Positions 49,314 through 57,733 of a stretch of 64,000 bases of DNA are shown in pieces. The notes under the pieces are model-generated. The model was not told where the DNA came from. It made no database searches and saw only the letters and a list, made by a program, of their open reading frames with translations. A program made the position numbers and the translations under genes. Source of the stretch: Clostridiales bacterium (lineage in GTDB: Bacteria > Bacillota > Clostridia > Oscillospirales > CAG-272); NCBI GenBank assembly GCA_012519315.1, contig JAAYQM010000100.1:23312-87311 (forward strand). The letters are read 5' to 3'. How positions within the stretch are numbered: the first letter of the stretch is position 1; each line of letters starts with the position of its first letter.

Positions 49314-51041
49314 ATGAAAGAACTTATGCTGGGCAACAAAGCGGTTGCCCGTGGATTATACGAAGCCGGCGTCAGGCTTGTTTCAAGCTACCCCGGCACT
49401 CCCAGTACCGAAATTACCGAATATGCCGCTGAATATGACGAAATATACGCCGAATGGGCACCTAACGAAAAGGTCGCTCTTGAGGTTGCCCTTGGCGCCG
49501 CTGTGGGAGGCGGACGCGCTTTTTGCGCCATGAAGCATGTCGGGCTTAATGTCGCCGCCGATCCGCTTTTCATCTCGGCATATACAGGGGTAAACGCAGG
49601 GCTCGTTATCGGTGTAGCCGACGACCCGGGCATGCATTCCTCCCAGAATGAACAGGATAGCCGTCATTATGCCATTGCAGCAAAGCTCCCGATGCTGGAG
49701 CCCTCCGATTCAAGCGAATGTCTTGAGTTTGTAAAAATCGCCTATGATCTGTCCGAAGAGTTTGACACCACCTTTATTCTTCGGACAAGTACTCGTATCG
49801 CTCATTCTCAGAGTATTGTCACCACAAATCCCAGAATCGAGCATCCCATTCGTGATTACAAGAAGGATCCGTCTAAGTATGTTATGATGCCCTCAAACGC
49901 ACGCGGACGTCACGTCGTTGTCGAAGAGCGGCTTAAAGCATTAACAGACTACGCCGAAAAATCTCCTCTCAACCGCATCGAGAGAGGAAGGGACAATAAA
50001 TTAGGTGTTATTGTCGCCGGAACAACCTATAATTATGCTAAGGAATGCTTTGGAGACAGTGTCTCCTATCTCAAGCTCGGTATAGTAAATCCCCTGCCGC
50101 CAAAGCTTTTAGCCGACTTTGCGGCATCGGTAGAACGCGTGATAGTTATTGAAGAGCTTGACGATATCATCGAGTCCTACTGCAAAAAGATCGGTCTTAA
50201 GGTCGAGGGGAAAAATCTGCTCCCTAACATCGGCGAGTTCTCCGCCGAGCTTATTGCCGAACGAGTTTTAGGCAAAAAAACCGAGGCTATTTCTCTTGAC
50301 GACGAGATTCCAGTTCGTCCGCCGGTGCTCTGCCCCGGATGTCCGCATCGCGGAACCTTCTCTGTTCTAAAGAAGCTGCGCCTTATTGTCAGCGGAGATA
50401 TTGGATGCTACACCCTCGGCGCGGCGCCCCCTCTGTCTACAATGGACACCACCTTCTGCATGGGAGCTTCGGTTTCGGCATTACACGGCTTTAATAAAAT
50501 CCGCAATGAAGCCAACAAAACTGTTGCCGTTATCGGCGACTCCACCTTTATGCACTCGGGCATCACCGGACTGCTTAACATAACATATAACAAGGGCAAC
50601 GCTACCGTTGTCATTGTTGATAACAGCATCACCGGTATGACCGGTCATCAGCAAAATCCCAGTACGGGCTACACCCTTAAGGGAGAGCCCGCACCTCTCA
50701 TCTCAACAGAAAAAATCTGCGCTGCCGCCGGTGTTGATCCTGCCCATATCCGGGTAGCCGACCCCTACGACATGGACGCTCTTGAGCAGGTTTTGCGTGA
50801 GGAGCTGGCCTTTGACGGTCCCTCTGTAGTCATTGCCCGCCGTCCCTGTGCTCTGCTGAAATATGTCAAGCGTGAGCCTGCGCTGACCGTCGATCCGGAA
50901 AAATGCAAGAGTTGCCGCGCCTGTATGAGTATCGGCTGTCCGTCAATTTCATTTATCGATAATAAGGCAGTAATCGACCCGTCCCTTTGCGTTGGCTGTC
51001 GTATGTGCGCAAGCAAGTGCCGATTTGACGCGATTAATTAA
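49314..51041 (+). CDS. iorA: Indolepyruvate:ferredoxin oxidoreductase alpha subunit
   Basis: The N-terminus is MKELMLGNKAVARGLYEAG...SYPGTPSTEI. A TPP-binding GDSTF segment and two C-terminal 4Fe-4S CxxCxxCxxxCP-type motifs are present. Confidence 0.92.
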   Translation: MKELMLGNKAVARGLYEAGVRLVSSYPGTPSTEITEYAAEYDEIYAEWAPNEKVALEVALGAAVGGGRAFCAMKHVGLNVAADPLFISAYTGVNAGLVIGVADDPGMHSSQNEQDSRHYAIAAKLPMLEPSDSSECLEFVKIAYDLSEEFDTTFILRTSTRIAHSQSIVTTNPRIEHPIRDYKKDPSKYVMMPSNARGRHVVVEERLKALTDYAEKSPLNRIERGRDNKLGVIVAGTTYNYAKECFGDSVSYLKLGIVNPLPPKLLADFAASVERVIVIEELDDIIESYCKKIGLKVEGKNLLPNIGEFSAELIAERVLGKKTEAISLDDEIPVRPPVLCPGCPHRGTFSVLKKLRLIVSGDIGCYTLGAAPPLSTMDTTFCMGASVSALHGFNKIRNEANKTVAVIGDSTFMHSGITGLLNITYNKGNATVVIVDNSITGMTGHQQNPSTGYTLKGEPAPLISTEKICAAAGVDPAHIRVADPYDMDALEQVLREELAFDGPSVVIARRPCALLKYVKREPALTVDPEKCKSCRACMSIGCPSISFIDNKAVIDPSLCVGCRMCASKCRFDAIN

Positions 51042-51086
51042 GACATCGGGCGCAAATATCTGATTTCAAGAAGGAAAATAACAGTA

Positions 51087-51668
51087 ATGAATAAGAATAT
51101 TATGATAGTCGGCGTCGGTGGTCAAGGTTCCCTCCTTGCCAGCCGGATACTGGGATACGCCGCCCTCGAAAAAGGTTATGATGTCAAGGTTTCAGAGGTG
51201 CACGGAATGTCGCAGCGCGGCGGCTCGGTTGTAACCTATGTAAAATACGGCGACAAAATTCATTCACCAATCATTGACAAAGGGGAGGCGGACGCCATTC
51301 TAAGCTTTGAGTTGCTTGAAGCCGCCCGTTGGCTGCCCTATCTCCGAAAAGGCGGAACCATAATCACCGCCGAACAAAGGATCAAGCCAATGCCCGTTAT
51401 CACCGGAGCAAAGGTCTATCCCGATCAGATTATCGAAAAAATCAGGGCAAAAAACGTTACCCTTATTTCAGCAGACACCCTTTCCATAGCAAGGCAAGGG
51501 GGCAATGAAAAGGCTTCAAACGTTGCTCTGATCGGACTTGCAACACAGGCTCTCGGCTTTGATGCCGAGAATATACGGCAGGCCATCATCGCCTGTGTCC
51601 CCGCAAAGGCGCTAAAGGCAAACTTAGCCGCCTTTGAGATAGCTTATAACTCTGCCGCTGCTCTCTAA
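51087..51668 (+). CDS. iorB: Indolepyruvate oxidoreductase beta subunit
   Basis: 193 aa containing IVGVGGQGSLLASRILG...VKVSEVHGMSQRGGSV. Confidence 0.9.
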   Translation: MNKNIMIVGVGGQGSLLASRILGYAALEKGYDVKVSEVHGMSQRGGSVVTYVKYGDKIHSPIIDKGEADAILSFELLEAARWLPYLRKGGTIITAEQRIKPMPVITGAKVYPDQIIEKIRAKNVTLISADTLSIARQGGNEKASNVALIGLATQALGFDAENIRQAIIACVPAKALKANLAAFEIAYNSAAAL

Positions 51669-51726
51669 TTCTGTCTTTTCCCTCTTCGGGGTGTGAAATA
51701 CGCAATTTTGGAAAGGTACGTCCTAT

Positions 51727-53034
51727 ATGAGTAATTATTTCAATGAATCAATCGAAAGAGCCACCGCAAGCGAGATGTTCCACATTCAGTCGCTGAATCT
51801 GTCCCGAATGGTCCGTCGGGTATACAACCGTGTGCCTATGTACCGCAAGCGTATGGAGGAAGCCGGTCTTACCCCCGATGACATCAAAACTGTTCACGAT
51901 CTGAAGCGGCTGCCCTTTACCTACAAGCAGGATCTTCGGGATAACTACCCATACGGAATGTTTGCCGTCGATCAGGACGAAGTGGTTCGCATTCACGCTT
52001 CTTCCGGCACTACCGGCAAGCAAACGGTTGTCGGCTACACACAAAACGACATTAATATGTGGAGCGAATGTGTTGCCCGCGCCCTTGTGGCAGCTGGCAC
52101 AAAGAAACATGATTTTGTTCATGTTTCTTATGGCTATGGTCTGTTTACAGGCGGTCTCGGTCTTCACTACGGCGCCGAGATGCTGGGTGCAACGGTTATT
52201 CCCGTTTCCAGCGGCAATACCGCGCGCCAAATTCAAATTTTCCAGGATTTTGGATCCTCCATTCTTTGCTGCACGCCTTCCTATGCCCTCTATATCGCTG
52301 ACGTTATGAAGGAAAACAACATCTCTGCCGAATCCCTAAAGCTTAAAGCCGGTATTCTTGGAGCCGAGCCATGGACCGAAAATATGCGCCAGCAGATTGA
52401 GCAGCGTCTCGGAATTAAGGCTTATGATATATACGGCCTGTCTGAGGTAGCCGGTCCGGGCGTAGGATTTGACTGTGAATATCAATGCGGCATGCACATC
52501 AATGAGGATAATTTCATTATTGAAATTATCGATCCCGACACCGGAGAGGTTCTGCCCGACGGCGAACAGGGCGAGGTTGTTTTCACCTGCATTACCAAGG
52601 AGGCGCTTCCCCTCATTCGGTACAGAACCCGTGATGTTTCAAGCATCACACGAGAGCCCTGCAAATGCGGCAGAACCCTTGTTCGTATGGCTAAGCCCTG
52701 CGGTCGCTGCGACGATATGTTGATTATTCGCGGTGTCAACGTTTTCCCGTCCCAGATAGAAAGCGTTCTGCTATCCATGGGTACTATCGAGCCTCATTAC
52801 CTTATCATTGTTGACCGTGTCAACAACCTTGATCAGATTGAAATTAAGGTAGAGCTCTCTGAGGATCTCTTTAGCGATCAGGTTAAGGGGATCGAAAAAT
52901 TGCAGAAGCAGCTTGCCTCTAAAATTGAATCCACACTCGGGCTTGCCGCAAAAATCACCTTTGTTGAGCCTATGACAATTCCTCGCTCCGAAGGTAAGGC
53001 AAAACGGGTCATCGACAACAGGAAATTAAAGTAA
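51727..53034 (+). CDS. Phenylacetate--CoA ligase family protein (PaaK-like), copy 2
   Basis: 435 aa, colinear with copy 1 (IHASSGTTGKQTVVGYT, YGLSE, RYRTRD). The two are clearly paralogous at the protein level. Confidence 0.9.
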   Translation: MSNYFNESIERATASEMFHIQSLNLSRMVRRVYNRVPMYRKRMEEAGLTPDDIKTVHDLKRLPFTYKQDLRDNYPYGMFAVDQDEVVRIHASSGTTGKQTVVGYTQNDINMWSECVARALVAAGTKKHDFVHVSYGYGLFTGGLGLHYGAEMLGATVIPVSSGNTARQIQIFQDFGSSILCCTPSYALYIADVMKENNISAESLKLKAGILGAEPWTENMRQQIEQRLGIKAYDIYGLSEVAGPGVGFDCEYQCGMHINEDNFIIEIIDPDTGEVLPDGEQGEVVFTCITKEALPLIRYRTRDVSSITREPCKCGRTLVRMAKPCGRCDDMLIIRGVNVFPSQIESVLLSMGTIEPHYLIIVDRVNNLDQIEIKVELSEDLFSDQVKGIEKLQKQLASKIESTLGLAAKITFVEPMTIPRSEGKAKRVIDNRKLK

Positions 53035-53053
53035 AATAATGATCCACCAAGCA

Positions 53054-53099
53054 AAACACCCCCTAAGGACTGAATTCTGCAGTCCTTAGGGGGTGTTTT
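53054..53099. terminator. Strong bidirectional rho-independent terminator
   Basis: AAAACACCCCCTAAGGACTG pairs with CAGTCCTTAGGGGGTGTTTT, a roughly 20-bp perfect stem. Confidence 0.8.
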
Positions 53100-53134
53100 A
53101 ACATAAAAATGACGATATTTAACAGCTTTTTGTT

Positions 53135-54733
53135 TTAATTTTCAGGGAAAACCATTTGTTCTACAAAGTGTTCTGTAAAGGCAGGGTGGCATGACAGGTC
53201 AATATGATCGGCAATGTCACGAATCAACTCCGAGGCCATCCTATACCGACGATTAAGCAAAATCATTGATGCTCCGGCACCGGCAGCATTGCCGATAAAC
53301 GATGTTTTGTCGGCATATCCCTTGGGTATCAGCCCGATCCTTTCGGCAGAATAGGGATTTATATGACTGCCAAATCCCCCGGCAATCAACAGATGAGAAA
53401 GCCGCTCGGCAGAAATTCCGGCCTCGTCAAGCAGGGTCATAATCCCTGCACATATGGCGGCCTTTGCCAGCTGAAGGGCGCGAATATCCTTTTGAGTGAT
53501 AATAATCGAGGTTCCGGGAAGAGTAAAAGCCGGCTGCCCCTCAACCTCTGAGATGAAAGACGTATAATTATGTCCATCGGGGTTAATATTCCCCGTTTCA
53601 TCCAAGATACCGGCATCCAGCATAGATGCCACCGCATCTAAAAGTCCGGATCCGCATATCCCTTTTGCTTCGGTTTCTCCTAAAACGGTGCAGTAAAACT
53701 TCCCGCCTATCAAACGAACACGCCCGATGGCGCCCTTTTTCTCCGCCATACCTTGAAAAATACCCGCGCCTTCAAAGGCCGGACCTGCCGCTGTCGAGCA
53801 GCAAAGCAATTTCCCGTCATGAAGAAGGGCAATCTCGCCGTTTGTTCCGATATCGGCAAGCAAAACCGATCTCTGCTCGATTATGCCATCGACATCATAA
53901 AAGCCGGCTGCAAGGAGTGCGCTTGTCATATCCGCTCCTATATAGGCGGATATGCAGCTTGGCAGATAGACCTCGGCGCCCAGCGAAAAATTAAGGGCCT
54001 TTGCCGGCAAGGACTCGCCAAAATAGGTCTCGCTTTTAAAGGGGGCATATGCAATTGATACGGGATTCTTTCCGCACAAAAGATACAGCATAGCCGTGTT
54101 GCCTACAAGCACGATGCTGTCTATCGCATCCGGCGTGAGACGTGCGCAGGAAACAAGCTCAAGAAAGAGGCGGGAGAGTGCGGTCTGTATCGTCTGCGAA
54201 AGCAGATCGCCGTCACCCTTAATTGCCCGCTCAATTCGGGAAATAATATCTGCGCCATAAAGAGCCTGGGGATTTTGATCCGATACCGAGCTTATAAGCT
54301 CGCCGTCCGAAAGTCTGTAAAGATAGGCGGCAATCGTAGTTGTACCTATATCTACGGCAATACCATAGTCTCCACCCCAACGGTCAACCTCAAACATGGG
54401 AAGCTTCCATTCGGTCAGCACCGTCACGCCATCATCTGTGTGCGTATCAAGATAAAGACAAATATCACCGACTGCCTCGGTCATGCAAGCGTAGCGTATG
54501 TTGTTTTGTATTTCCTCGTCGCTGAGCAGGGAGGTCTCATGGGCACTCATCGGCAAAAGGGCGCCCGTTACTTTCACCTTGCACTTCAAGCAACGTTTTT
54601 TTCCTCCGCAGGGCATTTCAAGAGGAATCCCCTCTACTGCCAACAGCTCGGAAAGACGGGCAGGACAAGAGAAAGAAAGATGCCGAACTTGCCCTTCCCT
54701 GTAAATTATCTTTAAGACCGCCTCTTTTTTTAT
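53135..54733 (-). CDS. RACo-like ASKHA protein (DUF4445; 2Fe-2S ferredoxin N-domain; putative reductive activase of corrinoid proteins). Start uncertain
   Basis: PCGGKKRCLKCKV is a 2Fe-2S-type cluster motif. The ASKHA core is present (GIAVDIGTTT..., LADIGTNGEI, FEGAG). The first canonical start is TTG at 54643, but ferredoxin-like sequence continues upstream to an ATA at 54733-54731 placed 11 nt after AAAGGAG. Confidence 0.75.
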   Translation of the reverse strand: MKKEAVLKIIYREGQVRHLSFSCPARLSELLAVEGIPLEMPCGGKKRCLKCKVKVTGALLPMSAHETSLLSDEEIQNNIRYACMTEAVGDICLYLDTHTDDGVTVLTEWKLPMFEVDRWGGDYGIAVDIGTTTIAAYLYRLSDGELISSVSDQNPQALYGADIISRIERAIKGDGDLLSQTIQTALSRLFLELVSCARLTPDAIDSIVLVGNTAMLYLLCGKNPVSIAYAPFKSETYFGESLPAKALNFSLGAEVYLPSCISAYIGADMTSALLAAGFYDVDGIIEQRSVLLADIGTNGEIALLHDGKLLCCSTAAGPAFEGAGIFQGMAEKKGAIGRVRLIGGKFYCTVLGETEAKGICGSGLLDAVASMLDAGILDETGNINPDGHNYTSFISEVEGQPAFTLPGTSIIITQKDIRALQLAKAAICAGIMTLLDEAGISAERLSHLLIAGGFGSHINPYSAERIGLIPKGYADKTSFIGNAAGAGASMILLNRRYRMASELIRDIADHIDLSCHPAFTEHFVEQMVFPEN

Positions 54734-54833
54734 GGGATCCTCAGCTCCTTTTCGTTTGTATTAAAGGCTGTTTGTCATGATCGGGGCGCTTCTTTTCTGT
54801 ATGATGGCCTGCACCTCGAGTACAGCCAGATTT

Positions 54834-56216
54834 TCAGACTCGGATACCTGTATCGATGCGTGAATCGGTGTTAGAAGTCAGTTTCTTCTTTACGAATAAA
54901 AAGCAAATAAAATGAATAAGCGCAACAACCGCCCATGACAACGGATAAACGATATAAAGGGTTTCAAGGGTGCGATTCATGGCAAAGAATGTATAGATCC
55001 ATACAATTCGAATTCCGCAGATTCCCGCAATGGAAACGGTCATCGGCAGAATAGAGAGACCAAAGCCGCGCAAGGCACCGGCGAATACATCCATAGTGCC
55101 GCAAAGGAAATAGGTCAGTCCCAAAATGCTTAACCTGATCATGCCATATTCTATGGCCTCAACATTTCCGGGGGCATAAAGACCTAGAAGCTCTCTGCCG
55201 AAAACAGTCGCAAGAGTTCCTAAAACAGTGCCGGTTATACTTGCAAACAAGACACAAAGTCCGAGAAACTTCCCGATGCGGTCATGCTTTTTTGCACCGT
55301 AATTCTGCCCTGTAAAGGCAAGGGATGCATGATAAAAGGAATTGCATGCGGTATATAAAAACCCTTCGATATTTGCTGAGGCGGCGTTCCCCGCCATAAC
55401 CAGCTTTCCGAAGGAATTGACCGAGGACTGTACCAATGTGTTTGATATGGAAAAAACAGTGCTTTGAATACCTGCCGGGATGCCTATGCGCAATATTCTA
55501 TATAATTTATCTTTATATATATGTAACGAGCCTAGATACAGCCGACAGGAACCGTTGTGCCGCATAAGGGTACGGATAACCAGAAAAGCCGAAATAAACT
55601 GTGAGACCACTGTTGCTATGGCGACGCCGGCCACTCCGAGATTTATCTGAGTAACAAGGAAGATATTTAGAATCACATTGACCGTTCCGGATATAGTTAG
55701 AAAGATCAGCGGTTTTCTTGTTTCGCCGACAGCGCGGAGAATGGCGCTGCCAAAATTGAAAACCATAGAGGCTATCATACCGGAGAAAATTATCCTCATG
55801 TACAGTGTCGAATATTCTATAACATCATCGGGGGTGTCCATTAAAACCAGCATGGGCTTTGCTAAAAACAACCCGATAATCGAAGCGATAACCCCGAGAA
55901 TACCGCTAATCAAGATAGCCGTATGCACAACTTGGCTGACATTTTTATCATCTCTGGCACCGTAATATTGGGCTACCGAAACGCTTACCCCAACCGACAA
56001 ACCGATCAAGAGATTGGTAATCAAGGATGTCAAAGAACCGGTCGATCCGATCGCAGCAAGGGCTGTTTCCCCTACATATTGACCGGCTATGATAAGATCC
56101 GCCGCATTGTAAAACAATTGCAGCATACCGGACAACATAAGTGGCAATGAATAAATCAGGATTTTCTTTACCAGTGAGCCGCTGCTTAAATCCATCTCGC
56201 CTGTGCTAAGTTTCAT
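54834..56216 (-). CDS. MATE family efflux transporter
   Basis: 460 aa with 12 TM helices. The N-terminus LVKKILIYSLPLMLSGMLQLFYNAADLIIAGQYVG is typical of MATE/NorM-like proteins. Confidence 0.92.
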   Translation of the reverse strand: MKLSTGEMDLSSGSLVKKILIYSLPLMLSGMLQLFYNAADLIIAGQYVGETALAAIGSTGSLTSLITNLLIGLSVGVSVSVAQYYGARDDKNVSQVVHTAILISGILGVIASIIGLFLAKPMLVLMDTPDDVIEYSTLYMRIIFSGMIASMVFNFGSAILRAVGETRKPLIFLTISGTVNVILNIFLVTQINLGVAGVAIATVVSQFISAFLVIRTLMRHNGSCRLYLGSLHIYKDKLYRILRIGIPAGIQSTVFSISNTLVQSSVNSFGKLVMAGNAASANIEGFLYTACNSFYHASLAFTGQNYGAKKHDRIGKFLGLCVLFASITGTVLGTLATVFGRELLGLYAPGNVEAIEYGMIRLSILGLTYFLCGTMDVFAGALRGFGLSILPMTVSIAGICGIRIVWIYTFFAMNRTLETLYIVYPLSWAVVALIHFICFLFVKKKLTSNTDSRIDTGIRV

Positions 56217-56474
56217 AGCCGCAACCTTGATTTATCGATCACAAAACGTGATAAATAAATATCTTTCCCATTTAATGTTAATAAATCAATTTCGTAACGA
56301 TAAAAACTTTCATTTCATTCTTGAGTGTATCATATCTAATTGTAAAAGACAAGAGGGATAATAACCAACTTATAAGTTAATTCGTTTCATAGTTTATGCA
56401 AATATAGTATTAAAGTAACTCCGGAGTTGATCTGAAAAAATTTGATATATTCCTATTCTTCCCTCCTCATTCGC

Positions 56475-56503
56475 TTGACATCGAGCCGGAACTAAGTTAT
56501 AAT
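56475..56503 (+). promoter_or_regulatory. Consensus sigma-A promoter (TTGACA-17 nt-TATAAT) upstream of the ACT-domain gene
   Basis: TTGACA at 56475-56480 and TATAAT at 56498-56503. Confidence 0.55.
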
Positions 56504-56621
56504 TTACTTATAAAACAACAGTCTATGCTTGTGTCGATTATACAAATAACAAATTAAATCGAAAGGGGAATTTATCCATCGCTTCGAAGACAGCCTTGGA
56601 TAAATTTTTGGAGAGCTTGTT

Positions 56622-57032
56622 ATGATCATTAAACAAATTTCTATTTTTATCGAAAATCGTCCGGGACGGCTTGCCGAGATTACCGATATTATTGCCAAAA
56701 ACAATATCAATATCCGTGCGCTTTCAATAGCCGATACCACTAATTTCGGTATTCTCCGCATTATTGTCGATAATCCTGAATTAGTCGAGGAAAAGCTTCG
56801 GGAGAATAATATTACAGCCTCCATCACCAGCGTTCTTTCGGTTGCAATCAAGGACCGCCCCGGCGGACTTGCCGAGGTGCTAAAAATTCTCTCCGATAAC
56901 GGCATCGCCATAGAATATATGTACGCCTTCCTTGCAAAAAAGGAAGATGAAGCTTATGTTATCATGCGCATTGAAAAGGATGACGAGGCTAAGCGTCTGC
57001 TTGAAGCAAACGGATATTACGGTCTTAACTAA
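56622..57032 (+). CDS. ACT domain-containing protein (tandem ACT)
   Basis: 136 aa. ISIFIENRPGRLAEI and a second repeat VAIKDRPGGLAEV give the two-ACT pattern often seen next to paaK-like genes. Confidence 0.85.
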   Translation: MIIKQISIFIENRPGRLAEITDIIAKNNINIRALSIADTTNFGILRIIVDNPELVEEKLRENNITASITSVLSVAIKDRPGGLAEVLKILSDNGIAIEYMYAFLAKKEDEAYVIMRIEKDDEAKRLLEANGYYGLN

Positions 57033-57050
57033 AACTTTCTCATAACCCAC

Positions 57051-57074
57051 AAAGGGGCGGTCTCCGCCCCTTTG
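57051..57074 (+). terminator. Rho-independent terminator
   Basis: GGGGCGG-TCT-CCGCCCC followed by TTT. Confidence 0.75.
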
Positions 57075-57124
57075 AATATATGTGCCCATAATTTTCCACA
57101 TCCACACATCTCGGAGAACGCTAT

Positions 57125-57673
57125 ATGGTTGAAATTCTCTCATTGCAAAAACAATTTATACTTAATCATCTTAGTGCAGGTGATATCGCAGTCGATTTTA
57201 CCATGGGAAACGGGCATGACACAGAGTTCCTCTCCCGTACCGTCGGAGAGAACGGGCGTGTTTATGCCTTTGATATACAAAGCGCGGCATTAGAATCAAC
57301 TAGGGCTCGTCTTACAGCCTCGGGCTGTCCAAATAATTATATCCTGATACAGGACTCCCACCACCATGCCGACCGATATATCAAAACAAAAATTAAGGCA
57401 GGTATGTTCAATCTTGGTTACCTTCCGGGCGGCGACAAGAGGATTACAACCTTGAGACAAACCACCCTCCCCGCCGTTGATTTTGCCATATCAGCACTGG
57501 AGGACACCGGCATTATCATAGTCACAGTCTATCCCGGTCATGCGGAAGGTGCCGCCGAGGGAGAGCTTTTGACAGAGCGTCTTTCAAAGCTTGACCGCAA
57601 GAGCCTTTGCGTATCGAAATTTCAGATACTGAATTCTCCATCCTCCCCCTATTTTATAATTATTGAAAAATAA
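57125..57673 (+). CDS. mnmM: YtqB/MnmM-type class I SAM-dependent methyltransferase (tRNA mnm5s2U34 methyltransferase family)
   Basis: 182 aa. DFTMGNGHDTEFL, VYAFDIQ, FNLGYLPGGDK.ITT and VYPGH.EG closely parallel B. subtilis YtqB as I recall it. Confidence 0.8.
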   Translation: MVEILSLQKQFILNHLSAGDIAVDFTMGNGHDTEFLSRTVGENGRVYAFDIQSAALESTRARLTASGCPNNYILIQDSHHHADRYIKTKIKAGMFNLGYLPGGDKRITTLRQTTLPAVDFAISALEDTGIIIVTVYPGHAEGAAEGELLTERLSKLDRKSLCVSKFQILNSPSSPYFIIIEK

Positions 57674-57733
57674 CGTCATTATCTAAAACTACTCCCATCA
57701 CCCAAAGTGACAGACCAATTAAAGGATGCGCTG

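Noticed and set aside
56217-56621. The 405-bp intergenic region upstream of the MATE gene checked for a riboswitch (guanidine/ykkC-type and similar) or a small RNA gene. The hairpin GAATTTATCC...GGATAAATT (56568-56606) in the ACT leader was checked as an attenuator.
   Set aside because: I could not recognise any conserved riboswitch core sequence. The region is AT-rich with little stable structure. The ACT-leader hairpin has a 20-nt loop and no clean U-tract. The evidence is insufficient without covariation analysis.
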